Below, one piece after another: positions 45,480 to 54,616 of a stretch of DNA of 64,000 bases. Location: contig CAISTG010000034.1 in assembly GCA_903888345.1 (NCBI GenBank), positions 6,823 to 70,822 on the forward strand, read 5' to 3'. The position numbers were made by a program, and so were the translations under genes. The stretch's first letter is position 1; every line of letters starts with the position of its first letter. This stretch comes from Candidatus Buchananbacteria bacterium. GTDB lineage: Bacteria; Patescibacteriota; Patescibacteriia; 2-01-FULL-39-33. The notes under the pieces were generated by a model that did no database searches, had not been told where the DNA came from, and was given only the letters and a program-made list of their open reading frames with translations.

Positions 45480-47276
45480 TTAATTACCTTTTCTACCCGA
45501 TCGAATACGATCAGTCTCGGTTAAAAATTGTTTGCGTAATCTGATGGAATTCGGTGTGATTTCTAAGTATTCATCATCATTCATCACTTCCATACCGCGC
45601 TCTAAGTTAAGCTCCCAAGCTGGAGTCAGTTTTAACGCTTCATCCGCGCCAGAAGAACGCATATTAGTTAAGTTCTTGCCCTTGATTGGGTTAACTGTTA
45701 AGTCGTTGCCCTTAGTAACATTACCAATAACTTGGCCTTCATAAACTTCAACAGCACCATTAACATATAAGATGCCACGATTTTCTAAGTTAGCTAAGGC
45801 ATAAGCAGCAGTCTTACCGGTTGCCATAGAAATCATGGAACCAGAATCACGCTTCTCAACTTCACCAGCATATTTCTTGAAACCGACAAAACGAGAACAA
45901 AGAATTCCTTCACCACGAGTATCAATTGTAAATTCACCACGATAGCCCAATAAACCACGGGTCGGAGTTTCAAATACAATTCTCGTTTGATCGGCTTCCT
46001 GTTTCATGTCGATAATCATGCCCTTACGCTTAGACATCTTTTCAATGACGGTTCCAGAATAATCTGTCGGTACATCGATAGTTACTTCTTCAAACGGTTC
46101 CAATTTAACGCCGCCTTCTTCCTTAATAATTACCTGCGGTTGAGAAACTTGAATTTCATAACCTTCGCGACGCATATTTTCCAGTAAAATCGCAATATGT
46201 AATTCGCCACGGCCATAAACTTTACAAAATTCAGTATCAGAAAATTCAACTTTAAGTCCAACATTAACTTCTAATTCTTTTTCTAAACGCTCTTTAATTT
46301 GCTTCGAAGTGACATATTTACCCTCACGTCCAGCAAACGGAGAATTATTAACCAAGAAATTCAAAGCGATCGTTGGCTCATCAACAGAAATAGCTGGCAA
46401 TGGTTCTTGATCTGCAGTCAAACAAATCGTATCACCGATCCAGATATTAGGAATACCAGCGATCATCGCGATATCACCGGCGCCGACTTCAGTGGTTTCT
46501 TCCCGCTTCAAACCTTTAAAAGTAAACAATTTGGAAATTTTAGCATTAGTAATACTGCCGTCATATTTTCTGACAATCACATTATCGCCAGTCTTAACCT
46601 TACCTTCATAAATTCTAGTAATCGCCAAGCGACCCAGAAAATCATCATAAGCTAAGTTGAATGGTTGAGCGCGCAAGGGACTTTCGGAATCAGTTTTAGC
46701 CGGAGCAACTTTAGCAATAATCGTCTCCAGTAACGGGGTTAGATCATGGCTCAAATCTTCTGGTTGAAATTTAGCGATACCTTCGCGAGCAATCGCATAA
46801 ACAGTCGTGAAATCTAATTGCTCATCATTAGCGCCTAAATCCAAAAATAGTTCATAAACTTCTTCTTGTACCATATCAATACGGGAAGCCGGCTTATCAA
46901 TCTTGTTGATAACTACAATCGGTCGCAAGCCCAACTCTAATGACTTCTTCAAAACAAAACGCGTCTGAGGCATCGGGCCTTCTTGGGCATCAACTACGAG
47001 TAACACTGAATCAATAGAACTCAAAACACGCTCTACTTCAGAACCGAAGTCCGCATGACCTGGCGTGTCGACGATATTGATCTTGGTGTCTTTATAAAAA
47101 AACGAGCCGTTTTTAGAATAAATAGTAATGCCGCGTTCTTTTTCTAAGGCATTTACGTCCATAGAAAAATCATCAGCCACCATGTGTGTCTGTTTTAAAA
47201 TAGCGTCAGTCAGGGCGGTCTTGCCATGGTCAACGTGAGCGATAATCGCGATATTACGGATTTCCATTTGTGTCAA
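45480..47276 (-). CDS. typA: Translational GTPase TypA/BipA
   Basis: 598 aa; G1 AHVDHGKT, G3 DTPGH, G4 NKID, EF-G-like domains. Confidence 0.9.
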   Translation of the reverse strand: MTQMEIRNIAIIAHVDHGKTALTDAILKQTHMVADDFSMDVNALEKERGITIYSKNGSFFYKDTKINIVDTPGHADFGSEVERVLSSIDSVLLVVDAQEGPMPQTRFVLKKSLELGLRPIVVINKIDKPASRIDMVQEEVYELFLDLGANDEQLDFTTVYAIAREGIAKFQPEDLSHDLTPLLETIIAKVAPAKTDSESPLRAQPFNLAYDDFLGRLAITRIYEGKVKTGDNVIVRKYDGSITNAKISKLFTFKGLKREETTEVGAGDIAMIAGIPNIWIGDTICLTADQEPLPAISVDEPTIALNFLVNNSPFAGREGKYVTSKQIKERLEKELEVNVGLKVEFSDTEFCKVYGRGELHIAILLENMRREGYEIQVSQPQVIIKEEGGVKLEPFEEVTIDVPTDYSGTVIEKMSKRKGMIIDMKQEADQTRIVFETPTRGLLGYRGEFTIDTRGEGILCSRFVGFKKYAGEVEKRDSGSMISMATGKTAAYALANLENRGILYVNGAVEVYEGQVIGNVTKGNDLTVNPIKGKNLTNMRSSGADEALKLTPAWELNLERGMEVMNDDEYLEITPNSIRLRKQFLTETDRIRSGRKGN

Positions 47277-47413
47277 TTTAGATTATTTAATACCACAATA
47301 TTCTATCACATTTTTATTATTTTGTCAAAAAAACTCCCCGATAAATCGAGGAGTGAGTACAAAAAACATAGCATACGGTGCTTTTTTTACAATAATTACG
47401 CTTGGCCACCCGC

Positions 47414-48217
47414 CTATTTTTTTGGTTTAGGTGGATTTGCTGCTGCTAATGGCGGCATTTGAAAGCCACCATCATCAGGACCAAAAGCATTATCGAAATT
47501 GGAGTCACTGGGACCAAAAGCACCATCAAAGATCGGCATTTCTCTGCGTCGATCATGCGGACTAACTGGTGGCACCTGAAAGCCCCTACTTGTCGGCCCG
47601 AAATCAAAGTTGGAGTCACTAGGGCCAAAGGCACTATCAAAGACTGGAGTCTCTGCCGGTCCCCGACCCAAGTCACCCCCAAAATCCGGGACCACAATAC
47701 CGGGCTTGGCGGGCGCAGCATCTTCACGTTTTCGTGCCGGGCCAAAGGCCCCGTCAAAGATCGGTGTTGCTGACTCGCCCAAACCAAAGCCAGTATCGGG
47801 ACCAAAATCCGGAACCATAATTTGACCATCCTTATTAGCTGGCCTAAAACTAAAATTTGGCAGACCATAATCATGACCAGGAACAGGAAAACCATCATCT
47901 AGATTTGGTCCAAAAACCGGATTTTCCATAAAGAAATCATCACGATCAAACAAATCATTGCCACAAGCCGGACAAATACAAAAAGCATAACGAACAGGAT
48001 ATTGACATTTGGGGCAAGGAAAAATATCGGCTTCTGTGTGCGATCCACCGACTGGCTCACTTGATGCCCGGGAGGTCTTCGCTGGTACTTCACACTCTTT
48101 TTTGGTAGTAGTCGTTTTAGAAGCTCTGCCAACATAATATCCAGTTGCAAAAATCATTAGTGCCAGCAGTAAAACTAATGGTCCCATCTCGTTTTCTCCT
48201 TTGAGCATTTCTGCCAT
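47414..48217 (-). CDS. Membrane-anchored zinc-ribbon protein with degenerate FGP/FD(G/S)AFGP tandem repeats
   Basis: N-terminal TM helix; CPKCQ...CPACG zinc ribbon; at least 3 repeats of ...VPDFG(P/G)D.G.G...TP(I/V)FD(G/S)AFGP...; Pro/Lys-rich C-terminus. Confidence 0.6.
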   Translation of the reverse strand: MAEMLKGENEMGPLVLLLALMIFATGYYVGRASKTTTTKKECEVPAKTSRASSEPVGGSHTEADIFPCPKCQYPVRYAFCICPACGNDLFDRDDFFMENPVFGPNLDDGFPVPGHDYGLPNFSFRPANKDGQIMVPDFGPDTGFGLGESATPIFDGAFGPARKREDAAPAKPGIVVPDFGGDLGRGPAETPVFDSAFGPSDSNFDFGPTSRGFQVPPVSPHDRRREMPIFDGAFGPSDSNFDNAFGPDDGGFQMPPLAAANPPKPKK

Positions 48218-48383
48218 TGTGTTATTGAGGTGCTATTTAACAAACTTAAGTTATAAAGAACCGCATTAAACAATACAATCATCTGACTCTCTATTTTAGC
48301 AGATTTTAGTAATTTGTCAAGACACAAAAGCTGTCGGAAAAATCCGACAGCCTGTTAAATATTGGCTAATTTTAGATTAAATA

Positions 48384-48737
48384 TTATTGCGCCTTCTTAA
48401 ACTTTACCGTAAATAATGGGTCATACTCTACCTCATACTCATCAACCACCTTAACTGTCTCCCCTTTCATGAGCTGAGTCAAAGCTAAATCAGAAATCAT
48501 TTCCATGTCCGAATCAATATCAATCTTTATATCCTCCAGCTTCGTAAATTCCGAAGTAAACTGACCCTTAACATCAGACTCGATCTGTTTCTTTTTAACC
48601 TTCAAATCATTGAGCTCATCATTTACTTCTTTGTAAGATGGCGAATTGGCAAGCGCATCGCGATAAGCTTCTTTTAATTTTTTCTGCTCTACCTTATTTT
48701 TTCTAATGCGTAAAAATACTTCTTGCAGGTTGGACAT
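48384..48737 (-). CDS. Hypothetical coiled-coil protein
   Basis: 117 aa, highly charged with heptad periodicity. Confidence 0.45.
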   Translation of the reverse strand: MSNLQEVFLRIRKNKVEQKKLKEAYRDALANSPSYKEVNDELNDLKVKKKQIESDVKGQFTSEFTKLEDIKIDIDSDMEMISDLALTQLMKGETVKVVDEYEVEYDPLFTVKFKKAQ

Positions 48738-48771
48738 AACTAAAAGTTTTATTTTTATAATTTTTAATTTT

Positions 48772-50064
48772 TTATTGCGCGCTAGCTAACTCATTACCAT
48801 CTAAAATTTTCTTCACAATATTATTGCGTTGATCCAAGGAATAGGCGTGAAAAACTATAATCACTTTCCCCTCTTTCATAATTACGGCATTACGCTGCGC
48901 TTCTACCAAATAACCAGACTTCGAGGCAATCGGATTAAATGCCAATAAACTATAATTGCGATTAACGACATTAACGTCTCGAGGCGTACCATCGGCTTGT
49001 TCAACGGTAAAAATATAACTTGTATATCGAGTACCAGCCGCAATCGTCTCATTGCTAAAAGCCAACTTAACGACTTTAGCAAATTCCTCCGCCGTGGAAA
49101 TATTATCCGCCGACAACCCAGACATTTCCACAAATCTCGTCTTAACCAAACCTAACGACTTCGCCTTGTCATTCATTTTTTGGACAAATTCAACTGGAGT
49201 CAAACCAGAATTATCAGCTAAAATCTTGGCCGATTGATTGGAAGAGGCCGTTAACATTGCCGCCCATAAATCCTTAATCTTAACCTTATCACCCGCTTTT
49301 AAATTAACTTCACTCGTCGAACCGCAAGCTTGCAAAGTGCAAGGATAATGAATTTCCGCCGGCGTAATTTCCACCACCTTTTCCCAGTCAGGATTAGTGT
49401 CGAAAAACACCAAAGCCGTCATCACCTTACTTACTGAAGCTAACGATAAAATCCGCTGACTTTCCTTACCGTAAGAATAACTCTGTCCATCATATTGCAC
49501 CTGGGCCGTTCCATAATAAACTGGGTCATAAGTCAGTTGCCGAGAATTCATTGGGAGCTGACGCAATAACGCATCAGTCGCTCCCAGACCAATTACTTGA
49601 GCCGTCTTATAAAAATCAGCAAAATCATCCATCATGTAAATGATGTTATCGGCAGGATTAAAATAGTAGGGCGTACTGGTATGGCTAGGATTAATAATAA
49701 TCCGACCGCTGTACTTTTTAATTAACGCCGCTGTTGTTTTGGTTTTCTTGTTCTGAGCTAGCTTCGCAAAATCTTTAACGGTAGGTTTGACACCCAAATT
49801 ATCCGCCAAAAACTGTAAATCAGCATCGTTATGTAAATAATATCTTAGCTTAGTGGTCGGATCGATATACCATAATTTATTTTCGCTTTGATACTGTAAG
49901 ACCAAACGACCCAATAAATCCTTAGTCGTTGGCACGGGCACCTTTTTCTTGACCACTGTCTTCGCCACAACTTTCTTGGTCGTTGCCGCACTAACACTAA
50001 CCGGTAAGATTACCGGCAATAAAACTAATAACAAAATTATACTGAAGATTTTTTTCTTAGTCAT
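48772..50064 (-). CDS. D-alanyl-D-alanine carboxypeptidase (PBP5/6-like, peptidase S11) with N-terminal extension
   Basis: 430 aa; signal/TM anchor; active-site SxxK (ASVSKVMT) and later SxN/KTG-like blocks. Confidence 0.7.
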   Translation of the reverse strand: MTKKKIFSIILLLVLLPVILPVSVSAATTKKVVAKTVVKKKVPVPTTKDLLGRLVLQYQSENKLWYIDPTTKLRYYLHNDADLQFLADNLGVKPTVKDFAKLAQNKKTKTTAALIKKYSGRIIINPSHTSTPYYFNPADNIIYMMDDFADFYKTAQVIGLGATDALLRQLPMNSRQLTYDPVYYGTAQVQYDGQSYSYGKESQRILSLASVSKVMTALVFFDTNPDWEKVVEITPAEIHYPCTLQACGSTSEVNLKAGDKVKIKDLWAAMLTASSNQSAKILADNSGLTPVEFVQKMNDKAKSLGLVKTRFVEMSGLSADNISTAEEFAKVVKLAFSNETIAAGTRYTSYIFTVEQADGTPRDVNVVNRNYSLLAFNPIASKSGYLVEAQRNAVIMKEGKVIIVFHAYSLDQRNNIVKKILDGNELASAQ

Positions 50065-50140
50065 ATAATAACGTTATTATAGCAGTTTGCGCCGGACAAA
50101 TCAAAAGGCCGAATAACTCTCGTTATTCGGCCAGCAGTTC

Positions 50141-50602
50141 TCAAATGACTATCTCTTCGAAGTCGTTAATATGCAATTTTAACCGCACAATCGCCCGCTC
50201 ACGCTGTACGTCTGACAATTCCGATAGAACGTAATTATAGAAACGCGGATTTGCCGGATCGCCGTAACAAATTACCAGCGTGTGTTTGTCAGGTTGTAAC
50301 CAACGCTTAACAGTCTCAACTCGAGCATAATTGATATCTTTCCAGGTGATATACATAATTATTCGTCCCCGAAAAGTTTCGGTAATGGCAGCGACACACA
50401 GTTCTAAGTCGGTCAAATAGCGATCAAGGACTTGATAAAGATGAACCACAGCAATAACGGCAATCACAGCGGCTAATACTTGGCAATCACCAATGAAAAA
50501 ATTGCCGAAATACAAACCAATAAATAAAGCTGGTAGCCACATAACCCAGAGTAAATGATGCAAAAAAATATAAAGATCCGGTTTAAACTTAAGTAGTTCC
50601 AT
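50141..50602 (-). CDS. 2-TM membrane protein with C-terminal bacterial-PH-like domain (hypothetical)
   Basis: 153 aa; no recognisable catalytic motif. Confidence 0.45.
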   Translation of the reverse strand: MELLKFKPDLYIFLHHLLWVMWLPALFIGLYFGNFFIGDCQVLAAVIAVIAVVHLYQVLDRYLTDLELCVAAITETFRGRIIMYITWKDINYARVETVKRWLQPDKHTLVICYGDPANPRFYNYVLSELSDVQRERAIVRLKLHINDFEEIVI

Positions 50603-50701
50603 CTCTGTCTCCTTTACCAGTAATTACACCGGTTGGCGATAATTAAAAATGAGCTAAAAGTTTAGCTCATTATAACTAAATCTGATTTTTTTGTCAATGG
50701 T

Positions 50702-51544
50702 CTAAGAAGAGGCCGGTGGCATGATGTTGTTCGCGTCTAGATAATTAATTTCCGGCAAAACCTCGACTGTATCGGCCTGAGAAATTGCTTTAGTCCAATT
50801 CAGTTCAATTGTTCGCTGCTCCCCCGATTTAAATTGGGGAATCGTCGTAAAATTAACACCAACTGTGCTGCCACCATTAGACAAGAGAATCACTACGCCC
50901 GCCTCCCAATAACTATAAGAAGAATCATTTTTGATAGTAAAGCGGACCCGCGATGGATCGCCAATTTGTGGTGCTGGTAAAAACTCGGTATTTTCAATTG
51001 TAAAACGTTCACGAACATTTCTAATAGCCAAATAATCAGTAATCTTTTGCCACTTCACATTACTCACTTCTAATTGTGCAGCGGCCATTGAACGTCCTAA
51101 ATCTAATAATACTTTATGTTGTCCCGGCAAAACAAAACTAGAAAATTTAGTTGCGGTAGCATTACCACCAGCAAAAGTATAATCAAAGGTAGCGAACCAG
51201 CTAGAATTGGGGTTAACGACGTCAGCCATTAAATCATAAAGATTACCATTACCACTAAAAACCTCAACGCTCGATAAATTTAACGGTTGTGGCTTCATCG
51301 CTTCAAGCGTCGACAAGACGCCTGAGTCCGAGAACATTAAACCCTGCGTTTGTTTAGTTAGACGATCATTATCAAGTGCCCACGACGCTAAGCCAGCTAT
51401 GGAATAGCCCCAGAACACGCAGTTTATAATAACTAATAACAAAACCAGCAACTTACGTAAAAGCAGTTTATTGCTGACATAAAAATAACTCAATTTTAAT
51501 TGCCAATCGGACAAGCCCGAAGTTGGCGGCATAGCATCTGGCAT
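50702..51544 (-). CDS. Membrane-anchored protein with extracytoplasmic beta-rich domain (hypothetical)
   Basis: 280 aa; single TM near the N-terminus. Confidence 0.45.
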   Translation of the reverse strand: MPDAMPPTSGLSDWQLKLSYFYVSNKLLLRKLLVLLLVIINCVFWGYSIAGLASWALDNDRLTKQTQGLMFSDSGVLSTLEAMKPQPLNLSSVEVFSGNGNLYDLMADVVNPNSSWFATFDYTFAGGNATATKFSSFVLPGQHKVLLDLGRSMAAAQLEVSNVKWQKITDYLAIRNVRERFTIENTEFLPAPQIGDPSRVRFTIKNDSSYSYWEAGVVILLSNGGSTVGVNFTTIPQFKSGEQRTIELNWTKAISQADTVEVLPEINYLDANNIMPPASS

Positions 51545-51591
51545 ATAAGTTTATTATACCAAAAAATATCACAAACCAAAAGAAAAGCGCC

Positions 51592-52161
51592 TTAGGCGCT
51601 CGTCAGAATTTTTTTTAATGCCGGTAAACTATGTAGTTGTTTATCGGTCGCCTCTTGAACTAACGTCACCATTTTTAGTGACAATTCCGCCTGATTATTA
51701 ACCACTAGCGGTGGTTCATAGCCGGAGACAGCTAACAATTTAAATAAACTTTTATTAAAAACAATAACAGCACCACGTCCACTAGCGATCGTTTCTAATT
51801 GTTCCAAAAATTCGGCGACTAGATTATACACCCGTTCCTCGCGTTCTTTTTCTAATAATAAGAGATCAACTAATTCAAAAAAAATGTTCGCTAAGACCGA
51901 CTTAAATAAATTACGATTCAGATTTTTGTTGCTGTCTTTAATTTTTGCTCCGGCTAAACGATAAAAGCTGGCGCCAGGCGCAATCATTACTTCTACCGTG
52001 CCGAATAATTCTAAATGCGGCGCTAATTTTGAACTGATTTTAGAAGCGCTTTTAGCTAGTACTCTAACCTTGCCTAATTCTTTAGTCAGCAACACATACT
52101 GGCGATCAAAATCACCGCGTAAACTCTTTTTTAAAACAAAGGCTTCAGTTAAAACTGTCAT
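51592..52161 (-). CDS. recO: DNA repair protein RecO (short form)
   Basis: N-terminal OB fold; AFVLKKSLRGDFDRQYVLLTKELGKVRVLAKSA resembles the RecO N-terminus. Overlaps ruvX by 4 nt. Confidence 0.55.
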   Translation of the reverse strand: MTVLTEAFVLKKSLRGDFDRQYVLLTKELGKVRVLAKSASKISSKLAPHLELFGTVEVMIAPGASFYRLAGAKIKDSNKNLNRNLFKSVLANIFFELVDLLLLEKEREERVYNLVAEFLEQLETIASGRGAVIVFNKSLFKLLAVSGYEPPLVVNNQAELSLKMVTLVQEATDKQLHSLPALKKILTSA

Positions 52162-52547
52162 ACGTCCGGATTAGCATCAAGATAGCTTTGTAACATAATC
52201 ATAGCGGCAACATCATCATCGCGCTGTCCCGCCCCCATTTTCTGTGCTTGTTGTGAGGAAAAGCGCTCGTCAAATAAATCTAAATCCATACCTAAAACCT
52301 TTTGTAATTCCAGCGCGAATTTTCGCGTAGCCTCCGTCTGATTAGATGATTCAGAACGAGTGTTGAGCGGCAAACCCACCACGATCATTTCCACATTTTC
52401 AGCCTTAATAACATCCGCTAAATCCTGAAACAAAGTTGTCCAGCCAGAATTCTTGATAATTTTGTACGGTAACGCCAAATTCGACTCGCTATCACCAATA
52501 GCCAGCCCCACCTTCGAATCACCATAATCGATGCCTAAGTATTTCAT
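52158..52547 (-). CDS. ruvX: Holliday-junction resolvase-like protein YqgF/RuvX
   Basis: 129 aa; MKYLGIDYGDSKVGLAIGD RNase H-like start. Confidence 0.85.
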   Translation of the reverse strand: MKYLGIDYGDSKVGLAIGDSESNLALPYKIIKNSGWTTLFQDLADVIKAENVEMIVVGLPLNTRSESSNQTEATRKFALELQKVLGMDLDLFDERFSSQQAQKMGAGQRDDDVAAMIMLQSYLDANPDV

Positions 52548-52560
52548 TTCATTAGTATTA

Positions 52561-52728
52561 CCCGTTCCCAGGTGCGACCATTTGAAAATATTGTGCTGAT
52601 TTTATGCGAGAACGACTCAAAAATTATCGCAAGCGATGGCGTCAGATAATTTTTAGGAGTGAAGCATAAAATTCAGCCATGATTTTCAACCGGTCGCGAT
52701 TCTTGCTCCACTTCTTCTAAAGAAGTGG
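52561..52728. repeat. Copy A of a ~170-nt structured repeat (between map stop and ruvX start)
   Basis: About 85% identical to copy B; closing helix GGTGCGACC...GGTCGCGAT; terminal hairpin CCACTTCTTctaaAGAAGTGG. Confidence 0.75.
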
Positions 52729-52740
52729 AAAGATAAATTA

Positions 52741-53511
52741 TTATTTCGTTAAAATCTTAAAACCATCGTCAGTCACTGCTACCGTATGTTCAAAATGCGC
52801 CGACAAGGATTCGTCAGCCGTGACAATCGTCCAACCATCGTCGAGCGTATCAACCTCCCAGCCACCAGCATTAACCATCGGTTCGATCGCAATTACCATA
52901 CCAACCTCTAAGGTCAAATCGCGAGTATCATAAGCTGGCCAATAATTAGGAACCTGTGGATCTTCATGCGCCGCAAAACCAACACCATGACCACACAATT
53001 GCCGCACCACCGTGAAACCATTCTTTTCGACGACTGACTGAATGGCTTTACCGATATCTGATAATTTGTTACCTGGTTTTACCTTTTTAATGCCAGCGCC
53101 AAGCGCTTCTTGAGTGACTGACATTAATTTCTTGGCCGCCGGAGAAATTTTTCCCACGGCAACCGTCCGAGCCATGTCAGTAAATAATCCTTTATACTTT
53201 AAACCACAATCCAAACCAACAATATCACCAGCTTCTAATTTTCTATCAAAGGTTGGTATACCATGAACCACTTCATCATTAACCGAAACACAAAGCGCGG
53301 CCGGATAAACGCTCTCGGCCCAAGCCGCTTCATAATTCTTAAAACTACCCTCAGCCCCAGCCGCCTCAATTAACTTTTCGGCATAATCATTAAGCTCACC
53401 GGTAGTAATCCCCGGCTTAACCTTTTCGATGACTAAATCCATAATCTTCGACAGGATCTTCCCGCCCTCAGCAATGGTCTTTATTTGTTCTTTAGTTTTA
53501 TATTTAATCAT
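52741..53511 (-). CDS. map: Methionine aminopeptidase type I
   Basis: 256 aa; metal ligands in the conserved D...D...H...E...E pita-bread fold. Confidence 0.9.
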   Translation of the reverse strand: MIKYKTKEQIKTIAEGGKILSKIMDLVIEKVKPGITTGELNDYAEKLIEAAGAEGSFKNYEAAWAESVYPAALCVSVNDEVVHGIPTFDRKLEAGDIVGLDCGLKYKGLFTDMARTVAVGKISPAAKKLMSVTQEALGAGIKKVKPGNKLSDIGKAIQSVVEKNGFTVVRQLCGHGVGFAAHEDPQVPNYWPAYDTRDLTLEVGMVIAIEPMVNAGGWEVDTLDDGWTIVTADESLSAHFEHTVAVTDDGFKILTK

Positions 53512-53601
53512 AAGGTTTACCCTATGGAATGGTGTAATATTATTCCTATAGGGTTATTATAATCTATTCTATAGTTTATTTCCACCTCTTTAGACTTAAT
53601 T

Positions 53602-53773
53602 CCCGCTCCCGCTCCCAGGTGCGACCGTATGAAAATATTGTGCCAATTTTTAGTGGGAACGACTCGAAAATTATCGCAAGCGACAGCGTCAGATAATTTT
53701 CAGGAGTGAAGCTAAAAATTTGGCCATGATTTTCATCAGGTCGCGATTCTTGGTTACTTCTTCTAAAGAAGTG
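53602..53773. repeat. Copy B of the ~170-nt structured repeat (upstream of map)
   Basis: cccgctcccgctcccaggtgcgaccgtatgaaaatattgtgcc...ggtcgcgattcttggttacttcttctaaagaagtgac aligns colinearly with copy A. Confidence 0.75.
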
Positions 53774-54028
53774 ACAAAAGGATATTTCTTGCTCTTGTCA
53801 CTTTTTTCTAGAAAAAAGTAACCAAAAAAGTCGCGACGGCATAAAACATGGCCAAATTTTAAACTTCATTCACTAAACCAAAAACGCTGTCGCTGTTTTG
53901 GTTTGCCCTAACGGGCCGTTCATTCCCGTTTAAAATTGGCACAAGTTTTATTCATGTCGCAAGACGGGGACGGGAACGAAAAAAGTGTCTAAATTTAAAC
54001 AAAATAAATAATATTGTGGATAAACTAC

Positions 54029-54057
54029 TTGACAAAATATAATAGCCGTGCTATACT
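54029..54057 (+). promoter_or_regulatory. Sigma70 promoter (TTGACA-17-TATACT) with perfect DnaA-box-like TGTGGATAA ending 5 nt upstream
   Basis: tgtggataaactacTTGACAaaatataatagccgtgcTATACT; same arrangement as the promoter at 23875. Confidence 0.6.
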
Positions 54058-54163
54058 TATTTATTAACCTAATGACATTAGTCAAAGGGTTTATGGCTCA
54101 AAACGGTTAAGTTGACCGTTAAAAGCCCCGAAAACAGTACCTACAACCCAAGGAGACAGTATC

Positions 54164-54553
54164 ATGGCACCGAAGAACCAGAAGAGCGACAGCAAGGACG
54201 GCAAGGGCAAGGGCGAAGCGAAGCGCAGCGTTTTCGATGGAAACGCACCGCGCGAAAGCAAGTGCCTCACCCCCAAACCGGCGTACAGCCTGGAGAGCGT
54301 GATGCGCGAACTGCGGCGGCGGAAGAACGTTGCCCAGGCCGTCGTCCCGGTCCCCAAGAGCGACCGGACCCTTACAGTCATCTTTCACACACCCAAGGCT
54401 TTGGGCATCCGGATGCTCGGCGGCCTCGACTATCTCGCCAAGGCCCACGGCTACGGTTCGCTCCTGATCAGCCAGGAGGAGTTCAATGACCTGGTCAAGG
54501 CCAAGAAGATCAAGCCGTTCGTCGCGTTGAAGGATGCGACGGCCGCCGACTAA
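54164..54553 (+). CDS. GC-rich small basic protein of unknown function (129 aa, Lys-rich disordered N-terminus)
   Basis: Strong SD AAGGAGA 8 nt upstream of ATG; about 60% GC; own promoter and terminator. Confidence 0.55.
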   Translation: MAPKNQKSDSKDGKGKGEAKRSVFDGNAPRESKCLTPKPAYSLESVMRELRRRKNVAQAVVPVPKSDRTLTVIFHTPKALGIRMLGGLDYLAKAHGYGSLLISQEEFNDLVKAKKIKPFVALKDATAAD

Positions 54554-54574
54554 TCCCAAGCGTCCGCACATATA

Positions 54575-54616
54575 CGCCCCGAGCTAGCAATAGCCCGGGG
54601 CGTCATCTTTTTATTT
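54575..54616 (+). terminator. Rho-independent terminator (GCCCCG...CGGGGC + T-run)
   Basis: cgccccgagctagcaatagcccggggcgtcatctttttattt. Confidence 0.6.

Noticed and set aside
47446-47898. 150-aa minus-strand ORF inside the FGP-repeat gene
   Set aside because: Alternative frame of the repetitive DNA encoding 47414..48217; the latter has the TM anchor and zinc ribbon and is continuous.
54091-54571. Three overlapping alternative ORFs (54091..54381 -, 54112..54489 +, 54119..54571 -) in the second GC-rich cassette
   Set aside because: Same high-GC artefact; only 54164..54553 is preceded by a perfect SD and promoter and followed by a terminator.
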